Shown here piece by piece: positions 41,898 to 54,199 of a DNA stretch of 64,000 nucleotides. Below the pieces are notes generated by a model. The model ran no database searches, was not told the DNA's origin, and worked only from the letters and a program-made list of their open reading frames with translations. The stretch is from Eledone cirrhosa (taxonomy: Eukaryota), in NCBI GenBank assembly GCA_964016885.1, contig OZ024745.1, positions 50,096,001 to 50,160,000 on the forward strand, given 5' to 3'. Position 1 is the stretch's first letter. Every line of letters starts with the position of its first letter. Both the position numbers and the translations under genes were made by a program.

Positions 41898-42120
41898 ATA
41901 TATATATCTATATATATATATATATATCTATATATATATAAGTGGACGCTTAGTAAAATCGAAGCTTTGGCTGTGGCCAAGCAAAGTCGACCTACAATAA
42001 GGAATGAGTAGCAAAGCACTCAATAAGGGTAGGTCCTTAGAGTAATAACATACGTTTAAATAGCTTGACAAATTGAACATTGCGGTAGACAAAACCCAAC
42101 CATATAATACCAAAGTAACG

Positions 42121-42171
<51 letters not shown>

Positions 42172-42368
42172 AAACAAAACGAGGAAGTTTCGTTTACATA
42201 TAAACATATAAAAGATATGGGTGACATTGAGCCTGTCCTCTGTGAAACGCGCGTAATATCTCTTATATGTTAACGAAACCTCCTGGGGTATTTTTCTATT
42301 ATATACACTCTACCTGTGCATAGGGTGCTTGATTTGATACCAACACCAGTAATTCTCTGAATCACCTA

Positions 42369-42416
<48 letters not shown>

Positions 42417-42443
42417 AGAGAGAGAGAGATAGATAGATAGATA

Positions 42444-45400
42444 ATTTTCTTTTTATTTGCCACCAGGGCATCAAAAAGTGGGACAAGTACAATGGGGGGA
42501 GTTTACATAACAAGGCGTCCCCAATAAGGAGGAGGCAATAAGAAGATATAAAAATAAAATACAACATAACAAAATAAATTTTATAACAAAATCCTCAATA
42601 GGGAGGAGGCGCCTTGCGGGGTCGCACACACCCCCGAAAAAAAGTGTGCAACCCTTCTCCTCAGGAGCACAGAGAGGGGGTGCTCCCTTGATCTTTCATC
42701 TTCCTCACCTATAGTCTGATGTAGAGTGAAGGCCTAGTCACACGGGCCATTCTCGCCACTTTCACCCATCTTTCATAAAAACGGCTGGGGTGCAGCACCT
42801 CTCTCTCCATCCTGATCCTTCTTCCGAATTGATATCGGAAGAAACGGACCAGTTGTTGGCCAGAGAGAAAGGTGTCTGACCTCAGTCCTTTCAGACGCGT
42901 CCACCATACAACCTCTTTCGCCATGGCTATTACGCACATAAACACCGCCTCTCCTTCGTTTTTGAAGAGGGGAGGCGGCTTGATCGTTACAATAGACTCG
43001 GTGGTCAACCGGATCGGTCCCACCCTCGACAGCAGTTGTTCGACATAGCCCCACAGATCGGCAATGCCCGAGCAGTGTACCAATGCGTGTGCAACGGTTT
43101 CCTCGTCGCACACGCATCTGGGACAGATCTTTGTCGAGGGGTCTCTACCCGGGCGCCCGTGTCTGTAGAGCCTTTCGCGAACGGGCAGAGCCCCTCGGTA
43201 GCTCTGCCAGGCCAGGGACCTCTGGAAGTTATCCATCGGTCCCGGGCTGAATGTCCTACCGAACAGTTGGCCAGTTCGTCTTCCTCCATGCTTAGGGCTT
43301 CTCCGAGGGCGTCGTCGCACCTGCTAACCACCAGCCCTCTATAGAATGACGAGGTGGATTCTCCACTGACAGCCAGGTCCGCCTGCCAGAGAGCCGTGAG
43401 CGCCTGGGCACACTCGGTGTGTCAGGCGCCCAGTTTTCTCGGTCTTTGCTTGACCCAGGATTGCAGCTCGGTGGGTGAAACGAGTCTGGGAAAGGCTCGC
43501 CTCACAAACGGGGCCCACACCGGTTGACCGGTGAGGAATACCTGGAGGTGCCGTAGCCTTAATGCGTGTTTACGTATCATTAGCCACGGCATCCCCAGCC
43601 CTCCTTTCGAAGGGTGTTGACAGCAGATGGATCTCCTCACCATAGGAGCCCGCTTCTTCCAAGGGAATTGGAAGAGTGCGCGCTCCATTTTGGCGAGCGT
43701 TTCCCTTGGGCAAGGCACAACGGTCAAGCGGTAGTAGATGACGGACGCTATATAAGTGTTCGCCACCTCCGCCCGACCTTTCAGGGACAGTTTGCACTCG
43801 GCCCACTTCTGGGTCAGTGCAAACACCCTGTTCGTTACGTCACCCCAGTTCTTCTCCACCTGGAGGTCTGGTCCGAACCAGACCCCGAGCAACTTCACCG
43901 GGCCCTCCGTCCACCGCCCGACGGCGCCATCGGAGGGCATCGATCTGCCCCTCCACGTGCCGAGTTGCAGACCGATCGACTTGTCCCGGTTCAGCTTAGC
44001 CCCTGTAAACCTTTCGTACTCCTCCAGCAAGGTGCCGATCGCCCCGATTTCCGAGGCCGTCGACACCATTACTGTTACGTCGTCGGCGTAGGCCGACACC
44101 GCTTTCCGCAATCCCGGTTCCAACGGGATGCCCTGCAGCAACTCCAACTTCCGCAGCAGTGGCTCTAGAGTCATTATATACAGAAGGGAGGAGAGAGGGC
44201 ACCCTTGTCGGATGGACCGCGCGATTTCGAACGGCTCCGAGAGGTAGCCGTTCACCTTGACCCTAGAGCAGATGCGGCTGCTGTGCATGGCATTAATCCA
44301 GCCCCTGAAAACGGGTCCGAAGCCTGCCGCCGCTAGCACCGCATCCAGGTAACTATGGTCGACCCTATCGAACGCCTCAGATTGATCCAAGTTGATCAGG
44401 GCCCCACCAAAGCCGGGTTCATTCCCAACCCTCTCTATGATGTATCGCATGAGGTTGAGGTTGTCGTGGATGGACCTGGACGCGATAGCACATGTTTGCG
44501 CATCTCCCACCAGGTTGCCCACGACAAGCGCCAACCTCTTTGCTAGCACCTTGGCCAAAATCTGTAGCTCTGTATTTAGCAGAGTTATGGGCCTGAAATT
44601 TTTTATATCGTCCCCCTTGTTCTCGTCCTTCCTCACTAGCGTGACTATGCCCTTGGTCACAGCACAGGGAATACCCCCGTTCTGTTGCCAGTTGCAGTAG
44701 ACCGCCTCGAGGAGATCAGGGAACAAGTCCGGCATAGCTAGATATAGTTCGTATGGAAGACCATCGAGACCCGGGGATTTGCGTTTGCCGCATTGGCTCA
44801 GCACGTCCTCTATCTCAGCGGCTGAAATCGGCTCCTCGCAGGACTTCGCCTCCCTGTCCGAGAGACGCGGCAGGCCGTCGAGGTATGGACTGAAGTCCAC
44901 TTCCCAACCGGCTCCCCGCCCCTTCCGAACAATCTGGCAAAGTGCTTTTGAAAAGCCTCGCACATCTGCTTAGGTTCAAGGATCATCCGTCCATCCTGGT
45001 CTCGCAAAGACCGGATAGTGGATCTACTCCCTCTTTTGGCTTCTGTCACGCGGGCCCAGCTAACAGCTTTGGTCCCATCGTTTCCCAGAGCACGTATTTT
45101 GCTTCGAACGATGCAGCCCTCGTGTTTCGCGTCGAAGAACTGGCCCAGGGCCGTTCGCGACGCTAGCACTCTGGCCACGTCGCCGCTTCTAATTGCCTCT
45201 TCTACACTATCTACCAACTCCCTTTCCTTCCTATTTCTATTTGAGGCTAACTCCTTACTAAATTCTATAGAGACTAATCTAATCTCTCTTTTGAGAGATC
45301 CCCACCACCTGCTGTTGACGATGGCGCCTGTCAACCGCTCCTTAACTAAAGTGCTAATCCGGTCCCTGTAAGCCTTACTTGCCGGTAATGACAAGTTGAG

Positions 45401-45560
45401 CTTCCAGTAACCGGGTCCCTGTCTATGCGTTCTGTCAATGTTGACCATGCAGCTCACTAACTTGTGGTCTGAATAGCCAACCATGCGCATTTTTGGACAA
45501 CTTAAAGTCCTTATCCTTATTTCTAACTAAGAACCTATCTAGGTACGACCTAGATGATCC
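42444..45560 (-). mobile_element. 5'-truncated Tx1/L1-clade LINE (partial APE, full RT, C-terminal domain), frameshifted
   Basis: KSPGLDGLP, NFRPITLLN, DQSEAFDRVDH, SIRQGCPLS, AYADDVTV, CPRC..ETVAHALVHC; (GATA)n on both sides. Confidence 0.95.
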
Positions 45561-45711
45561 GATAGATAGATAGATAGATAGATAGATAGAGAGAAAAGTA
45601 CGGTGAAAGCTATTCTATTTCTAATTTCAAACCTGCTCACTGTTTCAAAACATACTTGTTATTTATACTCGCTAAGAATGTAGCTTCTAATTTGAATGGA
45701 AGGAGATGGGT

Positions 45712-45920
45712 GATGCGTTGGTGTAATGGTAGCACAGTGGTCTGGATAACCGAATATGTGGGTTCGACTCCCATGTACATCAATACTGATCTTTTTCCAT
45801 TTATCTGAGAGTTCTAAACCCCACTTTGCCTTTCATCCTTACGGGGTCGATAAAATAAAGTACCAGTATTGTATTTACTTGGTAATTGCTGGCCTTGTGC
45901 CAAAAGTAGAAACAATTATC
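45712..45920 (+). mobile_element. SINE with clear Pol III A and B boxes
   Basis: TGGTGTAATGG (A box), GGTTCGACTCC (B box), then CTTTGCCTTTCATCCTTACGGGGTCGATAAAATAAAGTACCAG core. Confidence 0.8.
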
Positions 45921-46022
45921 AGACTAAAATTTCTTTAGTCAAAAAAATACAGTGAAAGCTATTCTATTTCTAATTTCAAACCTGCTCACTGTTTCAAAAC
46001 ATACTTACTATATATATATATA

Positions 46023-46550
46023 TTTGATTTTAGGTTTAATCAATACATATAAAATATGTATAGATAATGTTTCTCAGTAAAAGCTCATTAAACTTTTGTT
46101 TAGAGCATCCATAATATAAAATAATTTTAAACGATATATAGATATATCAATTGAGAGGCTAACCAGGCTTTAATACATTTATACATGTAGAAACAAATAC
46201 AATTTAAAGTGTTAAATAAAAAAAAAGCATTACTCACATAACGATTATATTCAAATTTATATTCAAATGGCCGTACTGCCAAATATCACCATCCAATCAT
46301 AGACAGATCTGTTACTGGGAACCCAAAACAATTGAACATTCACCATCTATTATAATAATTAGTATCGATTATGGTTGAAACTCAACCAAGACCATGATTC
46401 CTTTCGTCAGTATGTTTAAGTCTCTGCTAAAATACATATATATCTCGCGCTGTATTAAAGGCCTAGTCTCTACCCTTTGGGGAAGATATTTGAATAAATA
46501 TTTTCCACATTATACATATTTTATATGCATTGATTAAACCTAAAATTAAA
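46023..46550. repeat. ~40-bp terminal inverted repeat around an AT-rich interior (MITE or PLE inversion)
   Basis: ATTTTAGGTTTAATCAATACATATAAAATATGTATA vs TATACATATTTTATATGCATTGATTAAACCTAAAAT. Confidence 0.55.
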
Positions 46551-46603
46551 TTATTTCTGTTCTTAATTTCTCTAAATTAGCTTTGAGGTGACTGAAGCAC
46601 TCC

Positions 46604-46707
<104 letters not shown>

Positions 46708-46731
46708 TTATATATATTTATATATATTTAT

Positions 46732-46763
<32 letters not shown>

Positions 46764-46772
46764 TTATATATA

Positions 46773-46804
<32 letters not shown>

Positions 46805-46809
<5 letters not shown>

Positions 46810-49800
46810 CTTCCCACACTTTGTCTTTCCTTCCACGCATTACCTCTGTTTGATTTTGTTACCGTACCCCTTTTTTTTCCGTATATGATTCTTTGCCTGT
46901 GTCCTACAATTGTATTCCATGAATTTTTGTTCACGATCGCCTGTGTTATTACCTTTATGATTTTTTGTCTTTAATTTTCCTGTGTTTACTCCCCCCCTCC
47001 CTACGTTTTTCTGGTTCCTTTTCCCATCCCCGTCTCTGCCTATCCTTCGCACTCACCCCTTCGTTCACTCCACCCCGCCCTCTCTTTTCTCCCCCCCCCC
47101 TGCTTTCACCCAACGCCCATCATGGCCAACCTGAGATCCTTTGTCCACCAACTCCACAATCGCCTCAAACTTTTCCTCACCCCCCTCCTTCCACCCTGCT
47201 ATCTCCCCTCCGCCCTTCAACTCTCCTACCTTCTCTTCGCCAAAACCCGGCACTCCAGCCACATCCATTTCCTCAGCCACTGCCTCCGCCTCCACCTTAT
47301 CCCCCTTGGCTTCCGTCTACACTTCCACCCCTCCCCCGCTGCCTCCCCCTCCGCGCAACGTATCCTCACCCGATCCTCACGCCTTCTGATGCGCAACTCC
47401 ATCCGCGCCTCCCGTTCCACCCTCCGCCTACTTGACCACCAACTGACCCCCACCCTCCTCCGCCTTTACTCCACCTGCCACCCCCTCCTCGCCCAAACCA
47501 TCCTCTCCTTCATCCACAACCTCAACCACAACCTCTTCTCGTTCCTCAGCTCCACCAAAGCCCGCAAGCTACACCCCCCCCCCCCACACCACCACCACCA
47601 CCACCCGCCCATCCCCATACGCCCACCACTCCCCATCTCTCCCCCGACCGCCACCCCCACCCAATCCCCCCCCCCCTCCCCTAACACCCAAACCCCACCC
47701 CTTGTTGTCACCATACCCCCTGACCTCCCCCTCTCCGCACCTGAGCGCTCACTCCTTAGTAGAGGCCTTCGCTTCATACCCCACACTCCGCTCAGCGACG
47801 AGTTCCGCACCCGAACGGAAGTCGAGCGATTCGTGCGACGCACTAAGCTACAGGCACATTTCGGTCAAACGCCACCGGCTCCGGACGCCCCAGACCCGTT
47901 TCTCGCCCTGGGCCGACGACCATCTTCTTGGACGCCGGCCCCAGGGCAATTTAGCACCCTGAACGCCTTCGTCGATGCCAGCCGTAGCGCAGTAAATCGT
48001 TTCCATTTCCGCCACCGTTCCAAACGGCACAACATCTCACGGGGCGAACTCCTCGCTCTCCACTCCCTCCGTAGCCGAGATGACATCGTCATCAAACCGG
48101 CGGACAAGGGAGGCGCCGTGGTGGTATGGCGCGCGGACCTCTACAAGGCCGAAGCCCTCAGGCAGCTCTGTAACCCCCTCTTTTACCGCCCTCTACCCTC
48201 CGATCCCACCCCCCTCTACCAACAACAAGTCTCCTCCACCATCAAAGACCTTATCGCCTCCACCCTCCTCCCCCCACCGCTTCCCACCTCATCGTCCGCA
48301 CACCCCGCACCCCCACCATCTACTTCCTCCCCAAACTCCACAAACCCGACAACCCCGGCCGTCCCATCGTCTCCGCTTGCAACTGCCCCACCGAACTCAT
48401 CTCCGCCTTTCTCGACTCCCTCCTCGTCCCCCTTGTCACCACCCTCCCCTCCCACATCTCTGACACCAACCACGCCCTGCGCCCTCCCCCACTCCCTCCA
48501 CTCCCACCCTCCTTCGCCTCGCCGAGCTGGTCCTCACCCTAAATTGTTTCTCCTTCTCGGGTGAGTTTTACCAACAGGTCACGGGGGTAGCCATGGGCAC
48601 AAGAATGGGCCCGAACTATGCCAACCTTTTTGTTGGCCATGTTGAGGCCCAAATCTTTGCCCAGCACACCGGCCCCACGCCCGAACTGTACGGTCGTTAC
48701 ATTGACGACTGTATCGGAGCCACGACCCTCACCCGAGTACAGCTCGACTCCTTTCTCTCCTTCTTCTGCTCCTTCCACCCCTCCCTCCACTTCACCACCT
48801 CTATCTCCACCACCCACGTCCACTTCTTGGACATCTCCGTCGCCTTCGACCCCTCCCACCACTCCCTCGTCACCTCCGCCTTCTTCAAACCCACCGACTC
48901 CCACTCTTACCTCGACTTCACCTCTTCCCACCCCACCCACACTAAACTCTCCATTCCCTACTCCCAACTTCTCAGGATCCGCCGCCTCTGTAGCCGAGAT
49001 GCTGACTTCGAGTCCCAAGCCCTTTCCCTAGTCAGCCATTTCATCCGCAGAGGTTAACCCCCCTCTCTCGTCCACACCGCTCTCACCCGCGCCCGTGCTA
49101 TCCCCCGCTCTACCACCCTCACCCCACGCCACCGCACACCCACCCACCGTCTCCCCTTCCCCATCACCTACCACCCCTCCACCGCACCCCTCCACCGCAC
49201 CATCCGCCGCCTCTTCCGACACCTCCAGTCCGACCCCTCCACCTCCCACATCTTCCCAACCCCACCACTCCCCTCCTTCAAACGCGCACGCAATCTCCGC
49301 ACCCTCCTCGTCCACAGCTCCCTACCCCCCAACCCACGCTCCGTTTCCCCCCCCCCGGTTCCTTCCCCTGTTCTAGGCCCCGCTGCAACACCTGTCCCCA
49401 CATCACCAACACCACCACCTTCCAGGGTCCCAACGGCCACCCTCTCTCGGTCCGGCATGCCTTCCGCTGCACCTCCTCCAACCTAGTCTACGGACTTCGT
49501 TGCACGAGGTGCAGCGCGACTTATGTCGGACAGACGGGACGCCGCCTGGCGGACCGAGTCACATAGCACCTCCGGGACATTCGTCTCGGGGGCAGTTCCC
49601 CCATCGTCCGCCACTTTGGTGGCCCTGGACACTCCGCACACCATCTCACAGTCTGTGGCCTACTCCAGTGCCACGGAACACCCGCCCATCGCCTCGCGGT
49701 CGAACAACGTACTATCTTCATCTTACAGACCCACACTCCCCCCGGCCTGAACTCCCCACCCTTATTCCTTTAGCGTTCGACCGCCCCCCTCCCCCACTTA

Positions 49801-50248
49801 TCCCCCACTAACACCACTAACACACCCCTCCTTTTCACCGCCCACCCCACACTAACAATACTAACACCTCCACTCCACCCCTCATCTAACCACCCTTCCC
49901 CAACTAACATACTAACATCCCTTCCCTCCCCTCTTCTCCTCCTCCCCCCTCCTTATCACACGCACACACTCACACTACCAACCCACACGCAACTAACATC
50001 ACTAACACCCTCCAACCCCACGCACACGTACCCACACACCCTCGTACACCACCAACTCTACACACCCTACCCCCACTAACCCCCACTCACACCTGCATTC
50101 CACCCCTCCCCACCTCCCGTCTACTAACACCCACTAACACCTCCTCACCAAACTACACACACACCAGTACACCACACTCCCTCCATAGAACCACACACAC
50201 CCTTCTCTCCCCACTCCACACTCACTCATCCCACTAACACCCCTACTA

Positions 50249-50322
<74 letters not shown>

Positions 50323-50818
50323 CTCACTCCAACTCTCACACCTACCCATCCTCGCCTCCCTACCATTCCGCTGACTGCTGCTATGCCCTTCCGACCACTG
50401 TCTCAGCACCAACTGACCACAGCACTTCCACTGCTGACCACTTCCTGTTGCGCGCGCACCCCACATCTCTCCTCTTCCGACCACCGCTTCTTGGATTACC
50501 ACACGCGTTTTGACTTCCAACCAAAATCTCCATACATCCGTGTAACTTACCACTTTCAACCATCCTCTAACACCATCACCTATATAACTCACCCACACAC
50601 ACATCCCAAAACAAATTTTTTTTATCCACACGCCACCCACACCCACAACACGCTTAAACCACCACACACACGTGCTTCCCACCACATATTTACACCCTCA
50701 GCCCCCTGATTCCTCTCCCCCCCACCCCCTATCCACACACCCACAGACCCTCCGACACACAAAAACACCCCCCACACACACCTTCCTGAACATGCAACCC
50801 CGTTTCCCCCAACCCTCA

Positions 50819-50855
<37 letters not shown>

Positions 50856-51280
50856 CTAACCACACACACCACCTTCAGCCCTCCCCGCTCGGACACCCCG
50901 TCTCCCTCTCCCCACTCCACCCGCCTCCACCTCTACTCACCCCACACCCTTCCACCACCTGTTTACCCCCCTTTTAATTTCAGTTTATTTTGATCATGCC
51001 TTTATTTTTAAATGTTCTCATTCCTTGTATTTTGATCATGCTTTATTTTTATTTATTATTTATTATATTTTTGTCTTTATTTGTTAATTTTTCATTCGCA
51101 CCGTTTCCTTTCGCTATATGTCTCTCCACCACTCCCCTACACACCTTTTGAACTCTTACCTGAAGAAGGGCTTATGCCCGAAACGTCGTCCTCCACCTAC
51201 CCCCCACTCTCCTGAGCGTGAATCTAATAAACATTTGTCGTACTGCCTCTCTGTTCTGTCCCTGTTCAATTTTTTATTAT
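46805..51280 (+). mobile_element. Near full-length C-rich Penelope-like element (RT + GIY-YIG), defective
   Basis: ATG 47122; LLSRGLRFIP, IVIKPADKGGAVVV, GVAMGTRMGPNYANLF, YGRYIDD, FLDI, NLVYGLRC..C..TYVGQTGR; frameshifts; RT motif A region missing near 48485; 3' end at TA run. Confidence 0.92.
51158..51189 (+). ncRNA. Minimal type I hammerhead in Penelope 3' UTR
   Basis: AC-CTGAAGA-A-GGGC-TTAT-GCCC-GAAA-CG-TC-GT; stem I only 2 bp. Confidence 0.7.
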
Positions 51281-51503
51281 ATATAAATTAACCCCCTCTT
51301 TAATTTTATTGCTCATTTTTTGTCGATTCTATTGAGTGATGAATAGCTTTTGTTTTATTTTAACATGTCTATTGAGCACTCTAATTCGATATGTGTATTT
51401 CCACATTCACTCGAATTGTTTTCGCGGATATAGGGGTCATCTCCCTTGTCTAATGCCATGTGCGTTTTTCACCGCTAGTTGACTCCTCTGCCGCCAGGAA
51501 AAA

Positions 51504-51638
51504 ACTCGTTGACAACGTAAACTCCGTTCCACTTATTCTAGTAGGCTTTTATATTTATATGTGAGCTGATAGAGTACTGTCTAAGGATTTACAGAAACCC
51601 ATGAAGCTAGATTTAACACCTTTCTAGTGGGTCCGGGT
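51504..51638 (+). ncRNA. Large type I hammerhead with U3-A8 core, unit 1
   Basis: ACTCG-TTGACAA-C-GTAAA...TTTAC-A-GAAA-CCCA..CTAGA..TCTAG-TGGG-TC-CGGGT; predicted cut after 51633. Confidence 0.75.
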
Positions 51639-52118
51639 ATGATTTTACATTCATTTAAATTATTGACGTATTGTTTTATTGATATTTTTTATCTGTTTGG
51701 CCCGAATCTTCCTTTATCGATTTTAAATCGTATGGTTGATTGTAGACTTGTTCTATATGTGACGCTATTTTAACGATAGTTATAGCTCTGATTCATCTGA
51801 ATTATTGAGCCCTCTGCCGCTCATATCGAATTTCGTTTTTCGTGAACTCGTGCGCCGATTTTTCGATACTCGATCTTTCTAATATATTTAGCTCTGGACA
51901 TAGCTATCCACCAGTTAATTTTATTGCTCATTTTTTGTCGATTCTATTGAGTGATGAATAGCTTTTGTTTTATTTTAACATGTCTATTGAGCACTCTAAT
52001 TCGATATGTGTATTTCCACATTCACTCGAATTGTTTTCGCGGATATAGGGGTCATCTCCCTTGTCTAATGCCATGTGCGTTTTTCACCGCTAGTTGACTC
52101 CTCTGCCGCCAGGAAAAA

Positions 52119-52253
52119 ACTCGTTGACAACGTAAACTCCGTTCCACTTATTCTAGTAGGCTTTTATATTTATATGTGAGCTGATAGAGTACTGTCTAAG
52201 GATTTACAGAAACCCATGAAGCTAGATTTAACACCTTTCTAGTGGGTCCGGGT
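52119..52253 (+). ncRNA. Large type I hammerhead with U3-A8 core, unit 2
   Basis: Identical to 51504-51638; predicted cut after 52248. Confidence 0.75.
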
Positions 52254-52496
52254 ATGATTTTACATTCATTTAAATTATTGACGTATTGTTTTATTGATAT
52301 TTTTTATCTGTTTGGCCCGAATCTTCCTTTATCGATTTTAAATCGTATGGTTGATTGTAGACTTGTTCTATATGTGACGGTATTTTAACGATAGTTATAG
52401 CTCTGATTCATCTGAATTATTGAGCCCTCTGCCGCTCATATCGAATTTCGTTTTTCGTGAACTCGTGCGCCGATTTTTCGATACTCGATCTTTCTA

Positions 52497-52530
<34 letters not shown>

Positions 52531-52533
52531 ATT

Positions 52534-52566
<33 letters not shown>

Positions 52567-52574
52567 ATATATTT

Positions 52575-53460
52575 AACGGAGGAAATGTGGTAAGGAACCA
52601 GGTGGACTATAACGCACCAAAGTACTCAATACTTAGGGTAGTAGAGTGGGTAATAGGAACGAGTAGGACCCCGACGGCTGAGCTCAAGCCGTTTCGACGG
52701 CTAATTCTGGACTAAATGAACATTTTTATCCTGGTATTTGAATAGCCGAGCTTCTCAAGGGGTAATTCCATATATGGTAAAAGTGATTGTCACAAGGATT
52801 GGTCAAAAGTTTGTTGTTGAGACATAATAATTCTATCATGGCAATTTGTGGGGGGAAGGGGTAGCTGAACCTGCCAGTAGGAGAAAGAGGGAGAGGGGGT
52901 GGAGGAGACCCAGTCATGCGTTGATAGTGCCGACTACAGCTGGGCATGAGGTCAAAGAAGATACTAGGGAGGGGGAGAGGGGGGGGGGGGAGTCGAGACA
53001 ATAAGTAAAACAATATGGGGTAAATATATAGAAAAATACCGAGAGTGTTAAAAAGCAATTAAATGTAAAAAAAAAATAAACAATTTCTGGTTACTACGAC
53101 CTAAGTCTCTCACTGGTACTGCTAGGCTAAAGAAAGATTTACTAGGTGGGACGGAATTATAATGAGACCCTTTTAAGAGGTATAAGTAATAAACCGAGTA
53201 TATCTTACGGTGACGGGTCAACAAGTGAGGGGCCAAAATACTAAAGAAACTACCACGAAATAATAAATAAAGGTTTAGACCCCAGGCACAAGGCCAGCAA
53301 CCACCCAGTACAAAAAAATAAACTAATACGGAATAATAATTCAGAATCCCGAAAAAGAATACCAATACTATCTCTAAGGGTGCCGCCACGATACAAAAAT
53401 TCTAGTGCAAACTACATAAATGCTCGTACGAAGTATATGTAAAATTTTATACGGAAAATT
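52575..53460 (-). mobile_element. Non-coding Penelope-type 3' region ending in (TA)n
   Basis: 3' end matches 19645-19770 and 28788-28900; carries the complete hammerhead; 5' boundary uncertain. Confidence 0.55.
52668..52763 (-). ncRNA. Type I hammerhead with U3-A8 core
   Basis: ACCCC-TTGAGAA-G..CGGCTA...TAGCCG.C-GAAA-CGGCT-TGAGCTC-AGCCG-TC-GGGGT. Confidence 0.7.
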
Positions 53461-53493
53461 AATTCAGAACCCCCCCCCCCCCCCCCCACACAC

Positions 53494-54196
53494 AAAAATA
53501 AATACTGATATACGAGAAATTAAAGCAAAGATACCACTAAGAAATATAGAAAGCACGGAAAAGGGGCAGCGATCGGATAAGAAGGCAAGTAATCGGGGTC
53601 TAACACATCTGCTATAAAAAGCGGAGTCGGCCAAATCTATCATAGAATAGGGGAAGGGGTGGGGGTACTGAGGCTACAAAGGACCGAGGGGCTGCCTCGG
53701 GTGGGCGAGAAAATGAAAAGGACGACAACAAAGACAGATGTAAACACAGATTGCGTAGGACTTACCTCGCCCTCAAACCCCATAATGACCCAGGGGGGTA
53801 GACTAGGGCTATAACACCCCACTTGCCGATTTTGTAATGGGTAAACCCTGCTTGCAAAGGTAGACGTAAGATCTTCTTTTACATCTTTTTATCGCTTCCT
53901 TTATATTTCCTTCTTCCCCCCATCCCTCCCTAGTCCTTCCACCCCAGTCCTCTTTCTTTGTCGTCGTCCTTTTCATTTTCTCGCCCACCCGAGGCAGCCC
54001 CTCGGCCCTTTGTAGCCTCAGTACCCCACCCCCTTCCCCTATTCTGTGATAGATTTGGCCGACTCCGCTTTTTATAGCAGATGTGTTAGACCCCGGTTAC
54101 TTGCCTTCTTATCCGATCGCTGCCACTTTTCCGTGCTTTCTATATTTCTTAGTGGTATCTTTGCTTTAATTTCTCGTATATCAGTATTTATTTTTT
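53494..54196. repeat. ~240-bp inverted repeat with ~220-bp spacer
   Basis: 53494-53735 is the near-identical reverse complement of 53955-54196. Confidence 0.85.
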
Positions 54197-54199
54197 GGG

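Larger units (their letters stand above)
51300..52502 (+). mobile_element. Near-perfect tandem dimer of a 615-bp non-coding unit, one hammerhead per unit (retrozyme-like)
   Basis: 51300 repeats at 51915; only one difference noticed between units; no ORF >=60 aa; ends in (TA)n. Confidence 0.85.

Noticed and set aside
42214-42260. GAAA-CGCGCG-TA with GATAT/ATATC flanks
   Set aside because: CTGANGA core absent (GGGTGA); at best a dead hammerhead
45712-45782. Possible tRNA gene
   Set aside because: No proper acceptor or anticodon stem; continuous with the SINE body
51335-51381. SECIS- or C/D-box-like hairpin (GTGATGA...TTGAG) in the 615-bp unit
   Set aside because: GA quartet register is off by one, no apical AA motif, no linked ORF; probably part of the general fold
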